Shown here piece after piece: positions 49,697-58,892 of a stretch of DNA of 64,000 nt. Every line of letters begins with the position of its first letter. Within the stretch, counting starts at the first letter, position 1. A program made the position numbers and the translations under genes. This DNA is from Syntrophorhabdaceae bacterium (GTDB taxonomy: Bacteria; Desulfobacterota; Syntrophorhabdia; Syntrophorhabdales; Syntrophorhabdaceae): assembly GCA_963666485.2 (NCBI GenBank), contig CAXXUO010000001.1, forward strand, positions 128,001 through 192,000, read 5' to 3'. The notes beneath the pieces are model-generated. The model was not told the DNA's origin and made no database searches. It saw nothing but the letters and a program-made list of their open reading frames with translations.

Positions 49697-50598
49697 AACC
49701 TTTCTCCTTTCACATCGAATTCAGAGATCACATACTGTGCCTTGTCGGTCCTGTCTATACTGCGGAAACCCAGACCCTTGTATGGCTGGCTGCTATCCCA
49801 TGGAATCGGGTTCTTCACGGGTACGGACCCCGGGGCCGGTAATGCATACATCAACCCTTTCGCTGAATGATGGGCGATGTGCCCCGTCATGTGATCGTTT
49901 ACCTGATGAATGTGCCCGTAAAAGACAATGACGTTTCTGTACGGCATGAGCAATTCTACTGCTTTTGATCCGTCCCGCGTATGCCAGTCCCAATCAGGGT
50001 ATAGATCGAAGAGCGGCCGGTGCGCAAAAACGACAATAGGTGAATTCTTGTCGCGCAGTTTCAGATCGGCGCTTAACCACGCGAGCTGGGACTCTCCAAG
50101 CATGGACCTCGGGTCCGAAACATTGTCCAGAACTATGAAATGAATGCCTTTGTGATCGAAGACATAGTGGGTTTCTCCGAAAAACTCCTTAAAGGCCTTC
50201 CCCTCATCGAGTCCGGCATCATGTTCTCCCGGCATAAACCTGACATTTTTCACCTTCAGGCCTGCGGCGATATCGCGAAACTCCGCCATGCGTTTTCTCC
50301 GTTCTTTATCATCATCCGTGGTATGGGTCAGGTCGCCCGTAAAGATAATGAAGTCCGGCTGTTTTTTAAGACTGTTGGCAGCGGCGATCGCTTTCTTGAG
50401 GGTTCCTGTAGAATCCGGATTGACCTTCGGGCCGCTGAATCCCCAATGGGTGTCAGATAGTTGCAAGAAGAGAAAACTCTTTTCCCCGGACCCTGCCGCA
50501 CGTGCCAAACTGCCCGGATCGCCAAGACCTGAAACCAGGACTACACTACCAACACCCGCAAGTTTCAGAAAATCCCTTCTATCGATCTTCATGAGCAT
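49693..50598 (-). CDS. Tat-exported metallophosphoesterase (CpdA/Icc-like)
   Basis: DRRDFLK Tat motif; SDTH, TGDLTH, PGEHD, AHRP and GHIH motifs. Confidence 0.9.
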   Translation of the reverse strand: MLMKIDRRDFLKLAGVGSVVLVSGLGDPGSLARAAGSGEKSFLFLQLSDTHWGFSGPKVNPDSTGTLKKAIAAANSLKKQPDFIIFTGDLTHTTDDDKERRKRMAEFRDIAAGLKVKNVRFMPGEHDAGLDEGKAFKEFFGETHYVFDHKGIHFIVLDNVSDPRSMLGESQLAWLSADLKLRDKNSPIVVFAHRPLFDLYPDWDWHTRDGSKAVELLMPYRNVIVFYGHIHQVNDHMTGHIAHHSAKGLMYALPAPGSVPVKNPIPWDSSQPYKGLGFRSIDRTDKAQYVISEFDVKGERL

Positions 50599-50908
50599 TC
50601 ACCTCTCATTCAATAATTAACATCGTAAGTCTGCTCACTCTAGTATGCAACCTCGCGTACAGCCGCTTCGCTGCGGAAGCCCGCGGTGCCGATTCCATTA
50701 TGGGTCATAAGGGTATCGATTTAATTAAATTATTGATAGCGAGTCATGGATGGCCCGGGGCCCTGCTTCGGGTACGTGGTCAAGAGACCCGGCGGACAGG
50801 TCGACCGGCAGGGACGTGGCGCCCATGTCTTTTCTTGGTATTACCGTCACGAGAACACAGTTAATCTCGTGGGTCTGAAGACAAGCCCGGTGAAGGCAGA
50901 TCAACCTT

Positions 50909-51358
50909 TCATTTTGTCAGGAGCACCGGACATTTGGAGCCCTTAAGGACATTTCTGGCCACGCTGCCCATAAAATATTTCGCAATACCCGATGCCCCGA
51001 GCGATGCGATCACGATCAGGTCGATCTTTTGTTCAACTCCCTCTTTCAATATTTCATCGTAGGGTATCCCCCATCGGACACGCGTAACCACCTCAACTTC
51101 TGTGGACTGAGAAAATTTGCCAAGCTGTTCTTTTAAGCTTTGCTCGGCCCAATCGGTAGCACGGTCCCTGATCTCGTGCCGTGCCGCCTCTTCGAGAAAG
51201 GCAAATTCCAGGCCGGCACGATAAATATCCTCGTGGATAACGTGAAGGAGAAAAAGCTTCGCCTTGTACTGTGCCGCTATATCCAAAGCCTGCGCCAATG
51301 CCCTGTCCGAATCCTCTGAAAAATCAGTGGGCACCAGGACCTTCGTTGGTTTCAGCAT
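50909..51358 (-). CDS. Universal stress protein
   Basis: VLVPTDFS, DLIVIASLG and GSVARNVL..CPVL motifs. Confidence 0.92.
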   Translation of the reverse strand: MLKPTKVLVPTDFSEDSDRALAQALDIAAQYKAKLFLLHVIHEDIYRAGLEFAFLEEAARHEIRDRATDWAEQSLKEQLGKFSQSTEVEVVTRVRWGIPYDEILKEGVEQKIDLIVIASLGASGIAKYFMGSVARNVLKGSKCPVLLTK

Positions 51359-51494
51359 GCCCCGCCTCCTTGCATATATTCCGTTCTATTACAATTATAG
51401 CAGCGCCCGGTCCATCCGGGTGAAAAGATGAGTGCGTCCGGATGAATGCATTATATGAGGTTTATACCTATAGTTTAACCGTATCTTCCCTGTA

Positions 51495-51523
51495 TTGTCA
51501 CAACTCGTATGAGATGCTACAAC
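51495..51523 (+). promoter_or_regulatory. Putative sigma70 promoter of the acp operon
   Basis: TTGTCA, 17-nt spacer, TACAAC with TG extension. Confidence 0.45.
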
Positions 51524-51585
51524 GATGTGTAACATGTCATTACCCACGTAAAGATTTCAGTAATTTCAAAAGGAGGTTCAGTACA

Positions 51586-51858
51586 ATGCCAACGGTATCA
51601 CTGCTAGAAGAAATAACACAGATAATCGTCAACCAGTTAGGTGTCGACAAAACCGCGATAGTGCCCGAGGCAAAATTCATCGACGACCTCGGGGCAGACT
51701 CCCTCGATATCGTCGAGCTTTTGATGGCGCTCGAAGACGAGTACGGAATTGAGGTCCCGGATGAAGATGCAGAGGGTATGCAGACAGTCGGGGACATTGT
51801 CCGCTATATCGAAGAGCGCGTGAACGGATACCGTCAACAAGGAGAAGCGGGATGCTGA
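51586..51858 (+). CDS. acpP: Acyl carrier protein
   Basis: [33 protein letters not shown] (phosphopantetheine Ser). Confidence 0.93.
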   Translation: MPTVSLLEEITQIIVNQLGVDKTAIVPEAKFIDDLGADSLDIVELLMALEDEYGIEVPDEDAEGMQTVGDIVRYIEERVNGYRQQGEAGC

Positions 51859-52661
51859 ACAACGTCAACGCTTATTTAATGGAGAACCCGGACGAGGAAG
51901 TGCGCCTCGAATGGAAAACAGACCCGGAGACCATGCAAAGGCAGGCAACCTGGTGCGGAATAAAACCCGGCATGAGGGTCCTCGATGCTGGCTGCGGGAC
52001 CGGCAAGACCTCGAAGCTCCTTTATGATATGGTCCAGCCCGGCGGGGAGGTCGTAGGAATAGACCTCTCGGAAAAGAGAATTGCCTGCGCCAGGGAAAAT
52101 TACCAGGGAGAACGGCTCTCATTTCAGGTGTGCGACCTCACAAAACCCCTGGCCCGCATAGGTAAATTCGACGCGATCTGGGTCCGCTTTGTCCTCGAAT
52201 ATTTCCTTAAAGAAAGCCGCTTGATCGTGCAAAACCTCAGTGAGTGCCTGTCTGCGGGCGGGTACCTCTGTCTTCTCGATCTCGATCATAACTGCCTGAG
52301 TCATTACGGTCTTTCGACTGAGATGGAAGCAACCCTTGCAAAGCTCATGAGGGCCACGGAAAAATTGAATTTTGACCCCTATTGCGGCCGCAAGCTTTAC
52401 TCGTACCTTTACGATATCGGCCTTCATGACATAACCTCGGACCTCATGGCGCACCATCTCATTTACGGAAAATTAAGGGATGTGGATGCCTTCAACTGGG
52501 CGATAAAACTGTACGTCACCGGCAAAAAAACGGAGAAGGTTTTTGAAGGATACCCGGGCGGCTTCACATCTTTTTTCTCGGATTTTCAGACCTTCTTTGC
52601 CGATCCCCGGCGGTTCACGTATACACCGCTCATCATGTGCAAGGGCAGGGCTGCAGCGTAA
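51852..52661 (+). CDS. Class I SAM-dependent methyltransferase
   Basis: [20 protein letters not shown] and LSAGG motifs; overlaps the ACP stop. Confidence 0.9.
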   Translation: MLNNVNAYLMENPDEEVRLEWKTDPETMQRQATWCGIKPGMRVLDAGCGTGKTSKLLYDMVQPGGEVVGIDLSEKRIACARENYQGERLSFQVCDLTKPLARIGKFDAIWVRFVLEYFLKESRLIVQNLSECLSAGGYLCLLDLDHNCLSHYGLSTEMEATLAKLMRATEKLNFDPYCGRKLYSYLYDIGLHDITSDLMAHHLIYGKLRDVDAFNWAIKLYVTGKKTEKVFEGYPGGFTSFFSDFQTFFADPRRFTYTPLIMCKGRAAA

Positions 52662-52687
52662 GGAACTACGAACAGGGAGGAAAGATA

Positions 52688-54784
52688 ATGGTTAGGGACA
52701 GCAGTGCGAATGTACGGCTTATAGAACCCGGGGAGGCCTTTGAAAAGGACCATTTTCCGCCCCCGCGTTTCATACAGGGCATTACCCCGGATCTTTTCGA
52801 AACCGCACAAAAAGTTGAGATCGAAAAGATCATCAATGACCTGAACTACATTCATTTCCGCGGCGGCAACATAGCGATAAGCCTCACACACCCCGGGCAC
52901 AGGGGCAGCATTCTTTTGAGCGCACGGCCACAGCCCTCCCTGGACGCCAATCTCGTCTGTCTGTGGCAGACCGATGTCCGAAATATGAAACTTGGATCGT
53001 ACACATTCGAATGGCTCTTCGTGAATGACGGCGATTCTTTCATGCTCGTTCCCTGCGAAATGACCGCGATGAACGAGAAATTCATATCAATGCGTATCAC
53101 CGGTAAAGGTTTGCTGCTGGAACGCAGAAAGACGAGACGCTGCCCCGGAAACCGGGTAGACGTGGAATTGGCTCAGAATGGTTTCGTGGCACGGGGTGTT
53201 CTCCTGGATTTCAGTACGAAAGGTTTCCGGATACGCGTTGAACTTGATCGCTCTTATCCGTTCAACTGGCTTAACCCTGACGACTACTGCCGGGTAAACC
53301 TGATGAACGGCACGGGGATGATACTCACGTGCACCTGCACGGTCATACGACAGAGCGAAGCTGTTAGGTCGAGGGAAATTGTGGTCTGGCCTGACATGCG
53401 GTCCATCAACAGATTCCCCAAAAAAGAGGTCAGGCCTGAGCGGCACCATTTAAACCCTTCACCGAAAATAAGCTTTGAGCATCCGCTGTCAGGAACGACG
53501 GTCCAGAGAGCGGTCGCCGATATTTCCTATTCCGGATTGGCAGTTCATGAGCCTTCGGAAAATGCCGTCCTTCTTCCGGGCATGATGATTCCCGCGCTTA
53601 TGATCAATTTCCCCGGCGGGCTTAAACTAAAATGCGTGGCGCAGGTCGTCTCCTGCCGGGACATAGATGGGAATATCGTCAGGTGCGGGCTTGCCTTCCT
53701 CGATATGGACGTATCGGCGTACGGCCGCCTCACACAATTGATAAGCAGCATTGAAGACCCCTGCAATAATATTTCAGGTGACCTGGACCTCGACGCACTC
53801 TGGGAATTCTTCTTTCACACGAACTTCATGTATCCGAAAAAATATAAACTGGTGAAATCCTACATCGATACATTTAAAACGATCTATACGAAGCTTTACC
53901 GGGACACCCCGGAGATCGCGGTCCATTACGCGTACGAAAAAGACGGAAGGGTCCTGGCGCATTTATCTATGTTAAGGAGCTATGACAGTGCGTGGATGCT
54001 GCACCATCATGCGGCCAGGGTAACGAGCCGCAGGACGGGCATCGGCATTCTCAAACTCATGGTCAATTACGTAAATGGCTTATACAGGCTGCCGACACCC
54101 CGCATGCGCTATGTTATGTGCTACTTCCGCCCGGACAATCACTTCCCCGACATGGTCTACGGAAAGTTCGCACGGGAACATAACGATCCCCGCGGATGTT
54201 CGCTCGACCTGTTCGCTTACGCAACGTTCAAGATCGCGGCACCCCAAGGCCTTCCCGGCGGGTGGGACGTCAGAAGGTCGACCCCTGAGGATATCCGGGA
54301 CCTCGAAACGTTCTACCGGGCGGCTTCAGGATTCTCTTCCCCGGAAGGAGGCGGCCTGTTGGTAGACGCTCTTGGCCTGCGTGAACCCGGCGCCAACGAT
54401 GCCGTGATGGCGTTGTACCACTCATTGGGGTTCGAACGGAACATTTGCCTTTATTCACTCTATCGTGAAGACGAGCTGAAAGCGGTGTTCATCGTCAACC
54501 AGGCGGACCTTGGAATGAACCTTTCAGAACTGCTCAATTCGGTCAAGGTGGTGGTTTTAGATCGGGAGGGCGTCTCCTGGGAGACGATCTCGGCGGCCAT
54601 AAACCGGTTCGCCGGCTCTTATCACCTGGACACCATACCCGTGATGGTATACCCGTTCGAATACGCTGAAAAGAACGGGGTCCCGTATGAAAAGCAGTAC
54701 TATCTCTGGATACTTGACCTGTACAGGAGTGCAGACCCCTATCTCCATTACCTGGAAAACAGGTTGAAGGTAAAGTTCGGATAA
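52688..54784 (+). CDS. PilZ-domain protein (two PilZ) with C-terminal tandem GNAT-like region
   Basis: GGAGG RBS; ERRKTRR...DFSTKG and RPERH...DISYSG PilZ motifs; RRTGIG and VRRSTPEDIRDL GNAT-like motifs. Confidence 0.75.
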   Translation: MVRDSSANVRLIEPGEAFEKDHFPPPRFIQGITPDLFETAQKVEIEKIINDLNYIHFRGGNIAISLTHPGHRGSILLSARPQPSLDANLVCLWQTDVRNMKLGSYTFEWLFVNDGDSFMLVPCEMTAMNEKFISMRITGKGLLLERRKTRRCPGNRVDVELAQNGFVARGVLLDFSTKGFRIRVELDRSYPFNWLNPDDYCRVNLMNGTGMILTCTCTVIRQSEAVRSREIVVWPDMRSINRFPKKEVRPERHHLNPSPKISFEHPLSGTTVQRAVADISYSGLAVHEPSENAVLLPGMMIPALMINFPGGLKLKCVAQVVSCRDIDGNIVRCGLAFLDMDVSAYGRLTQLISSIEDPCNNISGDLDLDALWEFFFHTNFMYPKKYKLVKSYIDTFKTIYTKLYRDTPEIAVHYAYEKDGRVLAHLSMLRSYDSAWMLHHHAARVTSRRTGIGILKLMVNYVNGLYRLPTPRMRYVMCYFRPDNHFPDMVYGKFAREHNDPRGCSLDLFAYATFKIAAPQGLPGGWDVRRSTPEDIRDLETFYRAASGFSSPEGGGLLVDALGLREPGANDAVMALYHSLGFERNICLYSLYREDELKAVFIVNQADLGMNLSELLNSVKVVVLDREGVSWETISAAINRFAGSYHLDTIPVMVYPFEYAEKNGVPYEKQYYLWILDLYRSADPYLHYLENRLKVKFG

Positions 54785-54803
54785 AAGGAAAAGGTGGAGC
54801 GTC

Positions 54804-55748
54804 ATGTATATCAACCTGGCTTCACACTATGTGCCCGCGACAACCATTCGCAACGACCGCTACGAATGCCTGTCGGGGCTCACGGACGACTGGATCCGCA
54901 AAAGATCGGGAATACGGTCACGCGCGAGGGCCTGCTGTCACGAAAATACAAATACTATGGGGGTGGAAGCGTGCAGGCGCGCCTATGAGCACATCCCCTA
55001 CCCGATCGTGGATGTCGATCTCATCGTCGGAGCCACATATACCCCGTACGATACCATTGCCACTCTTGCCCACGCTGTCCAGCATTTCCTTGAAGTGCCG
55101 AAAGCCCGGGTGATCTCGATCTCGTCGGCATGTTCCTCCTTCATAAATGCCCTCGAGGTCGTTGAGGGATATTTCGCGTCAGGCAAGGCACATAAAGCCC
55201 TTGTCGTCGCCTCGGAACACAACAGTGCCTACAGCGAGGACACCGATACACAGTGCGGCCATCTGTGGGGAGACGGGGCGGGAGCTGCCTTTATCTCGAA
55301 GGAAAGAGTTTCCGATGAAGACATACAAATACTGGATATAAACACAACGGGACTTGGCCACCTCGGCAAGGCTATGGACGCCATTCACCTCAGGCCGGGC
55401 AACGGCGGCCTCACGATGCCGGCCGGCAGGGACATATTTGTGAACGCGGTCAGATACATGGTTGCAGAAGTTAAGGAAATTTTGGAGAAAAACCAGTATA
55501 ATACACAAGACATAGCACACCTCATCCCCCACCAGGCGAATCTCAGGATCATTGCCCAGGTCGGTGAAATGCTGGGAATGCACAACGGCAGGGTGATCAC
55601 GAATGTGGAGGACACGGGGAATACAGGCTGTGCGAGCACGATAATCGCGCTGTCGCAAAATTGGGAACGCTTCGCGAAAGACGAGCTTATAGCGGTAACC
55701 GTTTTTGGCGGCGGATATTCAAGCGGTGCAATGCTTTTAAAGAAATAA
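54804..55748 (+). CDS. fabH: Beta-ketoacyl-ACP synthase III family protein
   Basis: SACSSF (Cys), LWGDGAGA, PHQAN (His), GNTGCAS (Asn), FGGG. Confidence 0.9.
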   Translation: MYINLASHYVPATTIRNDRYECLSGLTDDWIRKRSGIRSRARACCHENTNTMGVEACRRAYEHIPYPIVDVDLIVGATYTPYDTIATLAHAVQHFLEVPKARVISISSACSSFINALEVVEGYFASGKAHKALVVASEHNSAYSEDTDTQCGHLWGDGAGAAFISKERVSDEDIQILDINTTGLGHLGKAMDAIHLRPGNGGLTMPAGRDIFVNAVRYMVAEVKEILEKNQYNTQDIAHLIPHQANLRIIAQVGEMLGMHNGRVITNVEDTGNTGCASTIIALSQNWERFAKDELIAVTVFGGGYSSGAMLLKK

Positions 55749-55760
55749 TGAGGATACCTA

Positions 55761-56888
55761 ATGAACAGTACATTACATGAGGCAGGTACCCGGACAGAGT
55801 TGCCGCCCTTGATCATCAAGGGAAAAAAGATACCTGTACCTATCATCCAGGGCGGTATGGGGGTTGGCGTGTCCCTCTCGCCCCTTGCCGGCGCCGTAGC
55901 GCAGGAAGGGGCCGTGGGCATTGTATCGAGCGCCGCCCTTGATCGCGTCATATCAAAAAGAAATGGAAAAAAATGCTCGGCGTACGAAGCAGCATACGAA
56001 GAAATTTCGCTGTCTAAGGAAAAAGGCGGGTTTGCGGGGATCAATATCATGGTCGCCCTGCTGCAGACCTACGATGCAACGGTGGAGGGCGCGATAGATG
56101 CCGGGGCGGATTTTATTATATCAGGCGCCGGCCTTCCTATGAAGCTGCCGCTCATTAAAAAACCGGGAGAAACCGCGCTCATCCCCATAGTATCTTCAGC
56201 ACGGGCGCTCGAGCTGATATGCAAGAAATGGGAGCGTGCAGGGTACAGGCCGGACGCGGTCGTTCTTGAAGGACCGCTGGCGGGAGGGCATCTAGGGTTT
56301 AAATTCGAGGAACTGTACCTCGAATCGAACAGACTTGAAAATCTTTTCCCGCCGGTCAAGGACATGGCCGAAAAATACGGAGGATTCCCCGTCATAGTCG
56401 CCGGCGGCATCTACGATCATTCCGATATCGTGAAGTTTCTCAAAATGGGCGCCGACGGGGTACAGATGGGAACACGTTTCCTGGTCGCCCGGGAATCGAG
56501 TGCCACCGACGCATATAAACAGGCGGTGATCGATGCAGGCAAGGAAGATATCGTTGTCGCACATAATCCCGGCTCTCCCAGTGGTTTGCCTTTCATGGTG
56601 ATCAAAGAATCGGGCATGTACCAGGATGCCCTCGCCAGAAAAAGAAAGCCCCTGTGCAACAAGGGGTACATGCTGCGGCCGGACCGTGACGGTGTTTTCA
56701 ATCAGTGCGACAGCCGGTTGGAGACCGGCAACAGTTTTTGCATCTGCAACGGCCTTCTCAGTTCGGCAGGTTACAATCCTGACCGGGAGAAACCGCTTTA
56801 TACGGTCGGCGCGAACGGCTACCGGATCGACAGGCTCACATCGGTAAAAGAACTCATGGCGGAACTGACAGGGAACAAAGTAGGATAA
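55761..56888 (+). CDS. Nitronate-monooxygenase-family flavoprotein (FabX/FabK-like)
   Basis: IIQGGMGVG, SGAGLP, EGPLAGGH, AGGI and VQMGTRF motifs; four C-terminal Cys; GANGYRID. Confidence 0.85.
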   Translation: MNSTLHEAGTRTELPPLIIKGKKIPVPIIQGGMGVGVSLSPLAGAVAQEGAVGIVSSAALDRVISKRNGKKCSAYEAAYEEISLSKEKGGFAGINIMVALLQTYDATVEGAIDAGADFIISGAGLPMKLPLIKKPGETALIPIVSSARALELICKKWERAGYRPDAVVLEGPLAGGHLGFKFEELYLESNRLENLFPPVKDMAEKYGGFPVIVAGGIYDHSDIVKFLKMGADGVQMGTRFLVARESSATDAYKQAVIDAGKEDIVVAHNPGSPSGLPFMVIKESGMYQDALARKRKPLCNKGYMLRPDRDGVFNQCDSRLETGNSFCICNGLLSSAGYNPDREKPLYTVGANGYRIDRLTSVKELMAELTGNKVG

Positions 56889-56921
56889 TGAGCCGATAGA
56901 AGCCGATACGTGACGGGAATT

Positions 56922-57353
56922 TTATATTTCTTTGTATTTCCCGTCGATGATCTCCGTCAACACCCCATGGCATTGCCTCGGATGCAGAAAGGCAAAGTAC
57001 CTGTTCAATTCCTTCGCAAACCGTGGTTGCCGGTCGACCAGGTCGGCGCCATTTCTCATGAGGAGTTCCAGCGATCCCGCGGCATCATCCACCTTCAGGG
57101 AAAAGACCATGATACCCTCGCCGTGCCCTTCTATAAATCTCGCGACCTCTCCCGTCCCATCCATGTCCTCCATAATTTCCAGGGCAGTTTCGCCGATCAT
57201 AAAATAGGCCACATTGATCTTCTCGTCATGGTCCGAGTAACGCCCGTCAATTTCCCAGCCAAAAGCCCGCTTGAAATCCTCCTCAGCCTTTTTCAGGTCT
57301 TTGACCGCGATGCTGATATGATCGATGCAGTTTACCTTCAGCTTCTCTGTCAT
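56922..57353 (-). CDS. VOC family protein (methylmalonyl-CoA epimerase-like)
   Basis: IDHISIAVKDL, LEIME, HGEG and FLHPRQCHGVLTE motifs. Confidence 0.82.
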   Translation of the reverse strand: MTEKLKVNCIDHISIAVKDLKKAEEDFKRAFGWEIDGRYSDHDEKINVAYFMIGETALEIMEDMDGTGEVARFIEGHGEGIMVFSLKVDDAAGSLELLMRNGADLVDRQPRFAKELNRYFAFLHPRQCHGVLTEIIDGKYKEI

Positions 57354-57490
57354 ACCTGCCTCCATTCCGCAAAGTCCAAAGCACTCTCTATACGGGTATA
57401 GTGCCGAGTATAGCATCAGGCACAATGTGAAGCGACAGAAAATCACGCTTTCAGGAACGGAGGATCTAAAGTTCCCCGGTAAAGATTAAG

Positions 57491-57765
57491 GGTTGATGGC
57501 ACAACGAATGACTACCCCTCCCCGTCATCCCGGTGCTTGACACCGGGATCCAGTGTCTTTGCCTTTGTTTCTTCGTTTCGGGTTTACGTAGCCCAGGGGC
57601 TCAACAACAATGAAAGACAGGCGGTACGAAAAAGAGGGAAAACCTTGGATCCCGGTGTCAAGCACCGGGATGACGATATCTGGTTGGGGATGACGATATC
57701 TGGTTGGGGATGACGATATCTGGTTGGGGTCCACGATATGATAGCTGTTTAATATGCCATCAACC
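57491..57765. mobile_element. MITE/REP-like non-autonomous element with nested inverted repeats
   Basis: 11-bp terminal IR GGTTGATGGCA/TGCCATCAACC; internal perfect 30-bp IR at 57523-57552 and 57646-57675. Confidence 0.6.
57667..57726. repeat. 20-bp tandem repeat GGGATGACGATATCTGGTTG x3 plus a degenerate fourth copy
   Basis: Read directly. Confidence 0.92.
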
Positions 57766-57812
57766 ATTGAAAACTAAAAATAAATCCCGGGAAACGGTTA
57801 ATGGACGCCGGG

Positions 57813-58601
57813 TTATCGCGCCGGCAGGCGAAGGATCATTCCTTTATCAAGGATCATGTCATCAATATGGCCCGTGGCTTTTGTAGTCCGTGATACAAGA
57901 TGCATATGAACCGCATTCTTTTCGCCGGAGCCGGGTTTTATCGCGGGTGAATATTGACTGATAAATATCCCGTTATGCTTTTCCGAATAGAACCCGATCA
58001 CATCTATGGGTTCATCCTTCATGGTAAATAATTCCTTGGACCTGGCAAAAAGCTCGCGGGTGATCGGTTTTTTATCGGTTCTATCGCAGTTGATGTGCCA
58101 GATTATTTCTACGGGTTTTCCGTAAAATTGGAAAGGGATCGGCTTCGAAACATCGAGCCCGGACGCAAGAGCCTGCTCTTTCAAGAATTTCTGGAACTGG
58201 ACGTATGTCTTGACCGTTTCCGGGATCGGTATGTCTGTCCAACGAGGAACCTCGGCCCAAATCAGGAAAAGGGCGCTGTGGTCCAGCGTATTATCCACCT
58301 CGAAACTTTTGCCGCGTAATTTTGCAACGTAAGGGCGGGAGTTCATTATCGTGATCTCCCCGTCCAGCAATGCGGCAGGTCCAACCGCATAAATATCTTT
58401 CTTATCCTGGAAAAAACGAAGCGCCAGCGTCCCTTCTGCCTTACCTGTCTCGAACAATCTCTTCTGGGCGCCAATGTACGATACCATCCCGTCTACTGTC
58501 GGAGCCTCCGCTGCCGCATTGGCAGCAAGACATATAATGACGAATAAACAGCTGAGGATGCCTGCGACTGTTTTTCCTGCCCTGAAATATCTCCGGCCCA
58601 T
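57813..58601 (-). CDS. Exported acetolactate-decarboxylase-fold protein
   Basis: Signal peptide; YAVGPAALLDGEITI, IGFYS..H.GIF and HMHLV...GHID motifs. Confidence 0.65.
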   Translation of the reverse strand: MGRRYFRAGKTVAGILSCLFVIICLAANAAAEAPTVDGMVSYIGAQKRLFETGKAEGTLALRFFQDKKDIYAVGPAALLDGEITIMNSRPYVAKLRGKSFEVDNTLDHSALFLIWAEVPRWTDIPIPETVKTYVQFQKFLKEQALASGLDVSKPIPFQFYGKPVEIIWHINCDRTDKKPITRELFARSKELFTMKDEPIDVIGFYSEKHNGIFISQYSPAIKPGSGEKNAVHMHLVSRTTKATGHIDDMILDKGMILRLPAR

Positions 58602-58892
58602 ATATTGGTCCCCTAAAATGCCAGTTATGTCAATTGTGAATTTTTTGTGAGTTACGGTGTTAATTGGTTATTTATTGTTTATCATAGTGACAATATTTCT
58701 GTCAAATAATCGGGCGCAACGGCAGCAAGGTTTCTAAGACCTCCACCTGTCGTCTGGATAGAATCTACATGATCTCATTCTTATAGTATTGTATGGGCAT
58801 ATGTTTGGGCCTGATAAAAATGGGAAGAGGTACGAATGCCGGGGTAGGAAAGGAGGGACTGAAAGGTTGTGCAAACTTTCAGGCAACAGGAC

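Noticed and set aside
57667..57739. Possible CRISPR array
   Set aside because: The 20-bp units are directly adjacent with no spacers, and there are no cas genes
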